This document shows, piece after piece, positions 28,955 through 38,180 of a DNA stretch of 64,000 bases. The translations under genes were made by a program, and so were the position numbers. Source of the stretch: Candidatus Latescibacterota bacterium (GTDB taxonomy: Bacteria > Latescibacterota > UBA2968 > UBA8231). Position 1 is the stretch's first letter, and every line of letters starts with the position of its first letter. The DNA lies in NCBI GenBank assembly GCA_963422735.1, contig OY730476.1:3328001-3392000 (forward strand), in the 5' to 3' direction. The notes beneath the pieces were generated by a model that did no database searches, had not been told where the DNA came from, and saw only the letters and a list, made by a program, of their open reading frames with translations.

Positions 28955-29569
28955 TCACAACGTGAAAGCACTGTACAGCAGTGCCATACTCCCCGCTCCC
29001 AGCGCGCCGCCCGCACCAAGCTGCATCGGAGTATGCGCCCGCAAGTAAAGCCGCGCCCAGGCGACGGCGGGCCAACTTAGCAAGAAGGGCCACGCCGCAC
29101 TGCCGACGCTGATCAACAATACGCAGGTTGCCCCCCCAACAGCCGCCGCGTGGATGCTGATCTTATAGGAGCGATTGATCCACCAGACCAAGAGCGTATT
29201 GACGACACAGGACGCGGCCGTGGCCAGCATCAAAGATGGGGCTCCGATCCCGTAGAGAGCCGCTCCCCCCAAAGCGTAACAAAGAGCACCCAGCAGGAGC
29301 AAGATACCGCGCCTGTTGCGGTCGTCTGTATAGGCTTTGTCGAGATACCCCGAGCGCACCAAGTGCCAAAGTAGCAACCCAGGTATCAAGGAGAAGGCGC
29401 CGATCGCCACCGCGCCGGCGAGCCAGTCGCCCAGTACGCGCGCTTGGACGCCGAAGACCAAGAGTGCCAACAGCGCGGGATTGAGCAAGTGCGAGAGGAA
29501 GCGTGCGGCTTGGTGCAGACGAAAAAAGGGACGAGCTAATTGCTCGCCCCTCTCTATTTCTTTTGCCAC
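28955..29569 (-). CDS. PAP2-like integral membrane protein
   Basis: KISIH..., WARLYLRAHTPMQ; probable GTG start overlapping the PqqD stop. Confidence 0.7.
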   Translation of the reverse strand: MAKEIERGEQLARPFFRLHQAARFLSHLLNPALLALLVFGVQARVLGDWLAGAVAIGAFSLIPGLLLWHLVRSGYLDKAYTDDRNRRGILLLLGALCYALGGAALYGIGAPSLMLATAASCVVNTLLVWWINRSYKISIHAAAVGGATCVLLISVGSAAWPFLLSWPAVAWARLYLRAHTPMQLGAGGALGAGSMALLYSAFTL

Positions 29570-29985
29570 TTTTTGCCGCTGGCTGCGCCGCGGTCGGGCG
29601 CCCTCTCTTCGCCCTCTAGCGCAAAGCCGACAAAGCGTTTCTGCCCGAGGGTCTTCAAATATTGGAGCAGAGAAACTTCGGCCTCCTTGCGGTTGAGCTG
29701 GTACTTTTCGCTGAGTAATTCGATCATCTTGCCGACCGAGTTGCGGCCGTTGCACATCCGCCAGACCTCGCTGCCGACCTCGTCGAGGGTGATTTTGCGC
29801 TGCTTGGGGATATAGAAAAACTTGGACAGCAGCCGCACTCTCCAGGTCTCTTGGCGCTTTATTAAAACCTGGACCTCGTCGTTGTCGTTGTTCTCCCAGC
29901 GCAGGGACTCATTGCGCGTTGGCCGCGACGCCAGCATAGCGGCCCGGCTCAGCTTGGGTGCCTTGTTTTTCGATAAAATGCCCAT
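29554..29985 (-). CDS. PqqD family (RRE-like) protein
   Basis: ITLDEVGSEVWRMCNGRNSVGKMIELLSEKY..SLLQYLKTLGQKRFV. Confidence 0.82.
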   Translation of the reverse strand: MGILSKNKAPKLSRAAMLASRPTRNESLRWENNDNDEVQVLIKRQETWRVRLLSKFFYIPKQRKITLDEVGSEVWRMCNGRNSVGKMIELLSEKYQLNRKEAEVSLLQYLKTLGQKRFVGFALEGEERAPDRGAASGKKWQKK

Positions 29986-30901
29986 CTACTACCTTGGTGA
30001 CTAGATCGTCTTCTGTATCTTTCTTGCGGTAGAGGTGCTCGACGATTGCGATTTTGTCAATGCTGGCATCGCGCCAGACGCACCCCCGCAGATACAGGCG
30101 CGGCCTCGGGTTCATAAAGGGCAGGGGACGCAGCAATTGACGCCAGCGACTGCGCGGCCGTCCCTCGACGCGAATGCCCTCGTGCTCCTGCACGGCCTCT
30201 GGAGCAATGTCCACCACCAAGTCGCGCAATTGTTTCTTAAAAAAAACCGGATACCAGTCTTGGATATGTGCGCCTTTGAGCATGATCCGGGCCATGCTCA
30301 ACCGATGCACCCTTAGAACTTGTTTGCCGAGGGAAAACTCTAGCTGGATATGGCCCGACTTGAGGGAATGGCTTTGTAGCTTGAGGTCGCTGGGCGCAAA
30401 AAACCGCAAGCCGTACACGCTCCACAGATGAGCGGACTCGCCTTCTTGGTCCACGAGCGATCTGAACACGGCCTCGGCTTGCTCGGGCAAAAACTCGTCT
30501 AGCTTGGCCAGCACTCTCAAGAGCACAACCCGCCCTGACTCCAAGGCGAGCGCTAGGTTGTACGCGCGGAAGTCGGCCTCCCAGATGAAGACCTCGTAGT
30601 CTCGGCCTTCGAGGAACTTCTTGTTCTTGAGGAATCGAGCGCGGCGCTGGACCTCAAAAGGGGCATCGACTTTTTGGGCCTTCTTTTGCAGGTTAGCCAA
30701 GTAGCGATCTACCAACTCGGTCAGGCGCAGGGCCTCGCCGCGGCCTTTGAGACGCCGCCACTCGATCTCGGCGCGCACAATTTCGGCGTCGTCGAGGCGG
30801 GCATAGCCCTTTTCAAAATCCCCGTCAACTCGGCCGAGATTCCAGTCGTCAGGCACGGACAGCCGCAGCCCTTGCCAAGCGAAATCCACCCAATCGCTCA
30901 T
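29909..30901 (-). CDS. Hypothetical cytoplasmic protein
   Basis: 330-aa ORF starting 2 nt after the upstream gene; no signal peptide. Confidence 0.8.
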   Translation of the reverse strand: MSDWVDFAWQGLRLSVPDDWNLGRVDGDFEKGYARLDDAEIVRAEIEWRRLKGRGEALRLTELVDRYLANLQKKAQKVDAPFEVQRRARFLKNKKFLEGRDYEVFIWEADFRAYNLALALESGRVVLLRVLAKLDEFLPEQAEAVFRSLVDQEGESAHLWSVYGLRFFAPSDLKLQSHSLKSGHIQLEFSLGKQVLRVHRLSMARIMLKGAHIQDWYPVFFKKQLRDLVVDIAPEAVQEHEGIRVEGRPRSRWRQLLRPLPFMNPRPRLYLRGCVWRDASIDKIAIVEHLYRKKDTEDDLVTKVVDGHFIEKQGTQAEPGRYAGVAANAQ

Positions 30902-30902
30902 G

Positions 30903-33323
30903 CTAGAAGATCAGCACGGAGACCGATCTCTGGATTAGGGCGACCCCCACCGATGCCATCCCCATCAAGGCCATGCCGCAGGAGAAGCCCACCGCCAGAA
31001 TCGGAGCAAACTGCCGCCACTCCTGCCGCCCGTACTTGTTCCAGAAGTAGTAGCGAGCCAAGAGTGCGCCGACAATCTCGGTGACGACTAAGTGCGGTAG
31101 GGACGTCAGCGAGCGCACGAAGCCAAAGATCAACAGGATCGGCAGCCCGAGGATGGAGAGCAGAATGAAACTCACCAGCCCGAAGCCGGCCCCAAAGGCG
31201 ATGACCTCTCCCTTGAGTGCTCTATACAGCCAAGGCTCGTCGGTGGAACGCTGGATCCAGGAGCTGGTAAAGAGCGGATCGGTATCGACCTCAAAGTAGA
31301 AGGACCATCCCGCGGGAACGGCTTGCCCGGTCTTTACTTCGAGGGTTGGGCGGGGGTCGCGGATGACGGCGTCCATGGCCGGCCCTAGCGGCGCAATCGC
31401 TGGCAGGCCCTCGACAATGTCCTCTTCGGCTAGCTGTTCGTCGCGTAGGTAGCGCTCGGCGACGATGTCGGGTGCCCCTTGCTCAAAGTACGAGTAGAAA
31501 ACTTGGGTTGGCATCCACGGGCCGATTTGACCGCGCTTGCCGTTGGAGTCCAGCCACTCCTGATCCACCAGCCGCACCCGCCAGTACCACCACTCGTTCT
31601 CGATCAGGTTAGCCGGGGTCCATCCCGCCCGATCACTGTCTATGGCCAATTCGCTGCGCATGGTGCCGGTTATAAAGAGGCATTGCTGGTAGGCCCGCAG
31701 CCGCCAGAATAGCTGGGCATAGGGGTAGGAGGCCGACGGGATTGGTGCCAGTTTCCAGATATAGGAGCCGTAGAGAAAACTGGTAAAGAGCACGATTGGC
31801 ACCATGAAAACCTCGGCGCGGATGATGCTGGTAAACTGGGTGCCGGTCAATTCGATCTCGCGGAACTTCATGGTCTGGGCACCGTAATTGCCCAAGGGAA
31901 ACGGAATGAACCAGATGTCAACGCCGCGATACCCAGAGAGAATAATCGTCGCCTCGCGCACGAAGGGGATGTCCACCGTCTGCCCCACCATCCCGACTAG
32001 GCGAGCATTGACAAAGGACTGAAAGGGCGTGAATACGAAACCAAAAAAGAGGAAAAACCATATAAATTGGGCAATGCCCGGCAGCAGCCAAGCGGCGATG
32101 CCGATTAGGCCGGCCGTGGCCAAGGCATACAGGGCTAGCGCCAGCCAGATGGGGAAATCGCCGCGACCCTCAGGGGTGGCAAAGCTGCGCTTGGGACTGC
32201 CGTCATCCTCAGTGTTGGCCCTAGCTCTGTGCACGCTCTGAAGTACCTGATAGATGCCGATGACGGCGATGGCGATAGTGGTGCCGATGCCGAAGCTCAT
32301 CCAAAAATCGACGTTGTTGACGAAGAAGGTATCTATCGAGCCCATGCCTTGCCGCCACAAGTTAAGATAAGGCTCCTCTCGCCACGAAGGCGTCCAAGTA
32401 TAGAGCAGTGGATTGGCAATCGAGGCGACGACCACGCCGATAAAGGTGCCGACCACGCCCCAGAATGGCACCACTAGCCCGGTAAAGATCGGGCCCAAGT
32501 GCGCGGTAAACCCCAGCGGAGTCGCCGGGATGAAGTTGCCGGTGACTTGCGTGAAGTCAACAAAGGGAATGGGTATGAGTTGGATCGGCTCGGTCAGGAG
32601 TGCGCCGGTAATCGCCGGCAGGGCCACGTAGATCGTGCCAAAGACCAAGCCGATCATCGCTCCCGCTGAGAATACTCGCCAGCGCCAAGTCTCAAGTCCT
32701 TGAGTCGTCTCGGCCAGTGCTGTAGCACCTTGGGCGTTTACGGGCGCGAAAGGAAAGGGCAGGCGCTCGTAGTCGGAGCTGAGCCGGAAGAGCGCGTACG
32801 ACATGGTAAACCAGTTGACGCGCCAGATGATCATCCCCAAGACGAGGAGTACGATCGGCATCGCCCAATCCGCGTGCAGGAAGGTCCGCTCGACGATGGC
32901 TTGGGAGTCGGCCTGCGGTGCCACCCAAGTGGGGATCAGCTTGGCGATGCCAAACTGCTTGGCCGCCGGCGATTGCACCAAGTACTGGTTGTAGAGCAAG
33001 CCTTCAAAGGCACCGGTCTCAGCGGCAATCAGCGAGGCGGCCACGTAGAACAGCACATAGACTTCTTGACGCCGGAGGGAGGAAAAGGAGCGCTTGGTGA
33101 TTTCGGCGAAGAGGATGATGGTCACCCACTCGGCCGCCGCTCCCAAAGAGCCGCCGATCATCAGGCTCAAGTACATGTTGCCCGGCACCATGATAAAGGC
33201 GACGAAGAACACGCCGAGGATGGCCTTGATCGTAAAGCCGTTCTCGAAGCGGTCCGGGACCTGCATTAGATCCCGATATTCTTCGATTTCTTGGTTCGGG
33301 TTTCTATTTTTGCTTCCGAACAC
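30903..33323 (-). CDS. OPT-like multipass membrane transporter with extracytoplasmic beta-domain insert
   Basis: Many TM segments, GGAGG RBS, C-terminal PILAVGFSCGMALMG reminiscent of the last OPT helix. Confidence 0.72.
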   Translation of the reverse strand: MFGSKNRNPNQEIEEYRDLMQVPDRFENGFTIKAILGVFFVAFIMVPGNMYLSLMIGGSLGAAAEWVTIILFAEITKRSFSSLRRQEVYVLFYVAASLIAAETGAFEGLLYNQYLVQSPAAKQFGIAKLIPTWVAPQADSQAIVERTFLHADWAMPIVLLVLGMIIWRVNWFTMSYALFRLSSDYERLPFPFAPVNAQGATALAETTQGLETWRWRVFSAGAMIGLVFGTIYVALPAITGALLTEPIQLIPIPFVDFTQVTGNFIPATPLGFTAHLGPIFTGLVVPFWGVVGTFIGVVVASIANPLLYTWTPSWREEPYLNLWRQGMGSIDTFFVNNVDFWMSFGIGTTIAIAVIGIYQVLQSVHRARANTEDDGSPKRSFATPEGRGDFPIWLALALYALATAGLIGIAAWLLPGIAQFIWFFLFFGFVFTPFQSFVNARLVGMVGQTVDIPFVREATIILSGYRGVDIWFIPFPLGNYGAQTMKFREIELTGTQFTSIIRAEVFMVPIVLFTSFLYGSYIWKLAPIPSASYPYAQLFWRLRAYQQCLFITGTMRSELAIDSDRAGWTPANLIENEWWYWRVRLVDQEWLDSNGKRGQIGPWMPTQVFYSYFEQGAPDIVAERYLRDEQLAEEDIVEGLPAIAPLGPAMDAVIRDPRPTLEVKTGQAVPAGWSFYFEVDTDPLFTSSWIQRSTDEPWLYRALKGEVIAFGAGFGLVSFILLSILGLPILLIFGFVRSLTSLPHLVVTEIVGALLARYYFWNKYGRQEWRQFAPILAVGFSCGMALMGMASVGVALIQRSVSVLIF

Positions 33324-33336
33324 TCGCTATCCTCCC

Positions 33337-36300
33337 TTACGCCGACACTTCGCTGCGCAGCCCTTGCAGAATTTCCGCGCCCTGCTGGCGGTAGCCTTCT
33401 TTGGCCTCGGCATCCACCGTGCGCCAGATGAGGAACTGTTTGCGGATGACGTTCATAAAGCGCTGGTTGACCCTCCGCCACGAGGCGTCCTCGCCGCTGA
33501 GTCGCTTAATTTGCAGGCCGACTGCGTAAATGTTGTGCTCGGCCTCTGGCATGGCCCGCACGGTGACGTGTTGGCTGACGCCCAAGTCGAAAGGAGCCAG
33601 CCAGATATTCATGTCGATGAGGTACCCTTCGCCGTTGGGCGTTTCTTCGCGGCTTAGCTGGGCGCCGTCGGTGTAGAAGGTGCCGATGGATTCCTCGCTG
33701 TAGGAGTCGAAGTAGCCGATGAGGAATACGCTTAAGCCTAAGACCTCGTGGCCGCTGACCGTAAAGGGGAACTCGAAATCCCACTGGTCGCCATCGGGCG
33801 GCGGCAGCTTCCACTTGCGGGTCACGTCCGGCACGGCCATCTGCGAAGCCTTGCGTGCCGGATAGATCGTCGAGAGCATGACCACGGCCATCACTAGCAT
33901 ACAGGAGAGCACTGCGGCTACCGAGGAGTAGTTGAGCGTAAAGCCGCCTAAAAGATCGGACTCGATGAGCACCTTGGCGATTACTTGGCCGCTGAGATAA
34001 CCGGCGACGACGCCCAGCACCGAATATACGCAACTCTCGGCGATAAACAGCCAAGAGATATGGCCGGGGGCTAGGCCCACCGAAGAGTAGATGCCGATTT
34101 CGCGGAAGCGCTCGTACACGCTGCCCATCATGGTGTTGAGCACAATAAGCGAGGCGATCAGCATGGGGATGAACAAGTTGCTCATCCCGGAAAAGGAGGT
34201 CAGCCCTAGCGATGAGTAGATCGCCACCTTGATGTATTCGTCGCCGGGCTCCTTGATCCCGGCGAACAGCGTCACCGCGAGGCGCGAGAGGAACTCCTCG
34301 ACCTCGGTGCGCACGTCGCTGCCCTCGGGGAAGCGCACGGCCACGGATTGCAGGGGGTTGCCGCTGCCGACGTTGCGCAGCGTGTGGTAGGGCGCGATTA
34401 GGATGTTGGCTGGCTCTAGATGGACAAAGGGCTTGATGACGACCTGGGCATCCTCCAAGCCCTGCTTCTCGCGCTGCTCCTCCTCGGCTATTTCCTGCAC
34501 GGCTTGGCCGCCGGTGACGGCGAAGTCGGCCGGCGTCAGGATTTCGTCGTCGAGGTCTTTGAGGTCCTTCATCCGCTTGGAGTCGAGGACGCCTACTACT
34601 GTAAACAAGTCGCCGAAGACCCTGACTTGCGTTCGGCCGACTTCGGCCAAGTCGATGTCGAGATGGGCCTCCTTGACCATGTCGATGGGCAGGATACAGA
34701 CCTTGTCCTCGCCCGGCTTAAACCACCGCCCGGCCACTAGGGCTTGATCCAGCCCAGTGACCTCGGTTTCCTCCGGGGTCAATCCGAGGACGCCGAGCGC
34801 GTTATGGGCCTTGTCGCCGTGTTTTATTTTGATGTGTGCCTTGGCCTTGTTGCTGTACCAGCTACGCGGTGCGACCGCGGTCCGATCACCGAAATTGCTG
34901 CGGGCGTATTCGAGCACGGAATCTTCCATCGGATTCCACGCCTTGCTGCGGATTAGGATGCCTTCATAGAGGCCCTCGTTGTCGCGACTGATTTGGTTGA
35001 ACCGCAGGCCCGTGCGGATGGAAGTGAAGGAGAGGACCGTAAAGGTCAGCAACAAGAGCGTGGTGAAGGTGAGGACTGTGCGCGTCTTGCGCCGCTTCAT
35101 GTTGGAAATCCCGAGATGGAAGGCCGTCAGCGAGGCCGAAGAGCGGCTGACGTCCGTGTCGTGGATCACGGCTACCTCAGTGCGCAGCTTCTTCATTTGC
35201 TCGTTGAAGCGGCCGGAAATGATCGACATCACGAGAACGGCCAGCGCGATGATGATGAAAGCAAGCAGGATGATGAAGGGATTGGATAGCTGAAAGGCCG
35301 GATGTACCATCCACAACACGATCCAGATCGCCAGGAAAACCCCGACAAAGCCGATGATCTGATTGCGGATCGTGGCGGCCGTAAAAATAAGCCGCTCGGT
35401 AAAAAAGGCGCAGGGAAGGACGAGGGCCATAAAGAAGATAATGCCCTGAACGACGTCGTTTTGGGTGGATTTGACGTCTGGATAGGCGCGCGACTCTAGC
35501 CCGAAGGCTGCGCGCGTGTGGCGCACGAAATCGCCCCAGCGCAGCTCGGTGCCAGCCACTGCGGCTTGGTCTAGCTCGGTCTCGGCCCGGTAGTGGAGGT
35601 CGTTGAGGCGCTGGTTTTCAATGGCAAAGCTCCGCAGTTCGCGCATCCGCGACTCGTCGAGATTCCACATGTCTTGGGCGGCTTGGAAGGTCGTGCGGGC
35701 AAAAGAGGTGCCGGGGCGGATCTCAAAGCCCTCGCCTTCGGCCTTGTCTTTGTCGGTGACGCTGGTGGCGTTGAGCAGCAGCGAGCGAAAGCCGAGTATG
35801 CCCGCGCCAAAACCCATTTTTATGCGCGAGCCGGGCCGTGCGAAGAGCACTCCGACCGGCTCGTTTTGGGCCGAGGGGCCTTCGCCGATGGTGTAACCGT
35901 ACTCCACGGGCGCGCTGTTCGTCTCGTCGAAGACCTGTACGTTGGACAGCTTGGTGAGATAGCGCGGATCGACGATGTCGAAGAAATTGTAGGGCACGCA
36001 GGGGAAGAGGATGACCATCCACTGCTTGTCGCGCCAGTCCATGGAGACCTTCATCGGGTAGATCTCGTCGCCTTGTACGCCGCGGTCCGGGGCGTAGGTG
36101 ATGCGGCCGGTGATCGGGTCCATGTAGTAGCCCTCGATCTGCACGTTGTTGACCCGTACCCGATTTACGTAAAAGGCCCCCTTATCATTGACGACCTCGT
36201 AGTACTCACCGCGCACGCCTTTATACGACTTTTTCTTGCCGTTGCGCACGACGGCCACTGCGTCTGCACGCGGCAGGTCGGGGATGATGCTGCGGCGCGG

Positions 36301-38163
36301 AAAGACCATGGTCCGGCCGCGAAGCGAGCGCAGATTGTCGCGCAGGCGCATCTTGAAGTCCGGGAAAAGCTCTGGGTCTTCAAAGGCCATCTCGAACATA
36401 CCGGAGAGCACCCGGATCTGTTTGGCGAGATTGGCGTGGTTGACGCGCTCGGCCCGGTCTAAGGGCGTATCGACGAGGAAGCGCGCGTCGTTGACTGTGA
36501 CAAAGGCCAACGCTGGCGTACCGGTTGCCAACACCAATTCGCTGTTGACCGATATTTCGCCCGGTACAAAGGTCTGCCAGCTCATCCCGCCTTCGGGACT
36601 GATGCCATTGACCAGCACGTCGCGCCGCTGGTAGTCTAACTCGCGGCTGATCTTGCGCGCATAAGCCATAAAGTTCTTGCCAAAGGGCGCGAAGTAGCGC
36701 TTGTAGTAAAAGCTGGTATTGCTATTCCAGACCCCAAGTTCGTCGGTCTGCGACGAAAGGTCGAGGCTAATGAAGAGATTGACTGCGAGCGAATCGACTT
36801 TGGGGTCGGCCCAGCGTTTGTAGAGCGCGAGGCGCAAGTCGTCGTCCGAGCGCAACTCATCAACAAGTTCGTGGCGATTTTTGAATCGCTTGCCGGCGAG
36901 GTGCAGTGCGCCTTCTTCTCGGCTCAGCAGCCTCTTAATGCCCTCTATTGTCTTTTTCCACAAGCCCCATGAGCTGCTGGATGTGTCTTCCTCTTGGCCC
37001 AGCAGCCCTTCAGCGAGTGCGGCGTCGGCAATGTGCGCGGCCAAGTCGGTGCGCCCTTCGGCAACGTTCCGCACGAGGGCTTCTTTGCCGGTAAACTCCT
37101 CCTCGCCGATGGCGTAGTGGATGCCGTCTTGGGCGATCATGTTCCGTGCGAGTGCGGCATCGACGACCCGCCGCACCAGCATGTGTTCGATAAAAGGATC
37201 CTCTTTACGCAAATAGCGCTGGATGAAATCATCGACCCCGCGCAAGCCCAAGTGGTGGGCCGAAGTAGCGAGGAAGACGACCGTGCGCGCCGGCGGGTTC
37301 GCACGAAAATAGCGCGCTATTTCCAACAGCGCAGTAATACTGGAGGCCTGCTCGGCCCCCGGGGCGAGGGCCGGCACGACCGACATGGCGTCGTAGTACG
37401 CCTCCAGCACGATCACGTCCTCTTTCATCAAGGGATCGTATCCAGGGATCGTGCCGAGGATATTCCAAGCGGGACGTCGCTCCCAATCCATGCGGTACTC
37501 CAAGTGGAGCGTCTGCTCACCTCCTGCGGCCAACTGGCGGCGCAAGTGCTGGCCGGCTTGGCGATTGATCCAGAACCTCGGCAGGCCGAGCGGCATGGTG
37601 AGGAACTTCTTTTCGCCCTCCAAGTACACGGTGGAGTCCGGCTCGATAAAGACGATGGCCTGGGCCCCGAGATAGGCGGCATTGAGCCAAGCGTCGCCCG
37701 AATTGAAGTCCATCAGAGCCACAGCCCCTTCGACTTGTTTGCCGTCCATGTCCGCGTACTCGCCCTTGCCGGCGTCTATCAAGCGTCCGGTCACCCCGCC
37801 TTCGGGCAGCGTCGAGGTTTTGACTAGATTGGGCCAGAGGCCGTGGATTGGCACTTGTTCGCCGCTTTGGATGACCCGCAGGAATCCGCCCTTATCGACT
37901 GGAATCGAGACATCGTATTCGTGGACAACGACGTCGTCAAGGCCGATTGCACGGAAGCGTTCCTGCACGATCTGGGCCGCTTGATCGGCACCTGGATAGC
38001 CGGCAACTCTAGACCCCAAGCCGGCAAAAATGTCCATCGTCTGCTGCACGCGCTCGACCGGGGCCGTGCGTACCAACTCGGCAAAATCGACCTCGGCCCG
38101 GGCCAGTGCCGCGCTGGCCAAAATCCAGCCGAGGGCCATCCACCTCACCGCGAACTTAGGCAT
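33337..38163 (-). CDS. M28-like/PA ectodomain fused to MacB/FtsX-type permease (1608 aa)
   Basis: Signal peptide; SRVAGYPG, AYYDAMSVVPALAPGAEQ; NMKRRKTRTVLT; LNTMMGSVYERFREIGIYSSVG. Confidence 0.85.
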   Translation of the reverse strand: MPKFAVRWMALGWILASAALARAEVDFAELVRTAPVERVQQTMDIFAGLGSRVAGYPGADQAAQIVQERFRAIGLDDVVVHEYDVSIPVDKGGFLRVIQSGEQVPIHGLWPNLVKTSTLPEGGVTGRLIDAGKGEYADMDGKQVEGAVALMDFNSGDAWLNAAYLGAQAIVFIEPDSTVYLEGEKKFLTMPLGLPRFWINRQAGQHLRRQLAAGGEQTLHLEYRMDWERRPAWNILGTIPGYDPLMKEDVIVLEAYYDAMSVVPALAPGAEQASSITALLEIARYFRANPPARTVVFLATSAHHLGLRGVDDFIQRYLRKEDPFIEHMLVRRVVDAALARNMIAQDGIHYAIGEEEFTGKEALVRNVAEGRTDLAAHIADAALAEGLLGQEEDTSSSSWGLWKKTIEGIKRLLSREEGALHLAGKRFKNRHELVDELRSDDDLRLALYKRWADPKVDSLAVNLFISLDLSSQTDELGVWNSNTSFYYKRYFAPFGKNFMAYARKISRELDYQRRDVLVNGISPEGGMSWQTFVPGEISVNSELVLATGTPALAFVTVNDARFLVDTPLDRAERVNHANLAKQIRVLSGMFEMAFEDPELFPDFKMRLRDNLRSLRGRTMVFPRRSIIPDLPRADAVAVVRNGKKKSYKGVRGEYYEVVNDKGAFYVNRVRVNNVQIEGYYMDPITGRITYAPDRGVQGDEIYPMKVSMDWRDKQWMVILFPCVPYNFFDIVDPRYLTKLSNVQVFDETNSAPVEYGYTIGEGPSAQNEPVGVLFARPGSRIKMGFGAGILGFRSLLLNATSVTDKDKAEGEGFEIRPGTSFARTTFQAAQDMWNLDESRMRELRSFAIENQRLNDLHYRAETELDQAAVAGTELRWGDFVRHTRAAFGLESRAYPDVKSTQNDVVQGIIFFMALVLPCAFFTERLIFTAATIRNQIIGFVGVFLAIWIVLWMVHPAFQLSNPFIILLAFIIIALAVLVMSIISGRFNEQMKKLRTEVAVIHDTDVSRSSASLTAFHLGISNMKRRKTRTVLTFTTLLLLTFTVLSFTSIRTGLRFNQISRDNEGLYEGILIRSKAWNPMEDSVLEYARSNFGDRTAVAPRSWYSNKAKAHIKIKHGDKAHNALGVLGLTPEETEVTGLDQALVAGRWFKPGEDKVCILPIDMVKEAHLDIDLAEVGRTQVRVFGDLFTVVGVLDSKRMKDLKDLDDEILTPADFAVTGGQAVQEIAEEEQREKQGLEDAQVVIKPFVHLEPANILIAPYHTLRNVGSGNPLQSVAVRFPEGSDVRTEVEEFLSRLAVTLFAGIKEPGDEYIKVAIYSSLGLTSFSGMSNLFIPMLIASLIVLNTMMGSVYERFREIGIYSSVGLAPGHISWLFIAESCVYSVLGVVAGYLSGQVIAKVLIESDLLGGFTLNYSSVAAVLSCMLVMAVVMLSTIYPARKASQMAVPDVTRKWKLPPPDGDQWDFEFPFTVSGHEVLGLSVFLIGYFDSYSEESIGTFYTDGAQLSREETPNGEGYLIDMNIWLAPFDLGVSQHVTVRAMPEAEHNIYAVGLQIKRLSGEDASWRRVNQRFMNVIRKQFLIWRTVDAEAKEGYRQQGAEILQGLRSEVSA

Positions 38164-38180
38164 AGCTATAAGTGCCTTTC

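Noticed and set aside
29554-29985. PQQ or RiPP biosynthetic cluster
   Set aside because: No pqqABCE, radical SAM, YcaO, lasso enzymes or precursor ORF in the window
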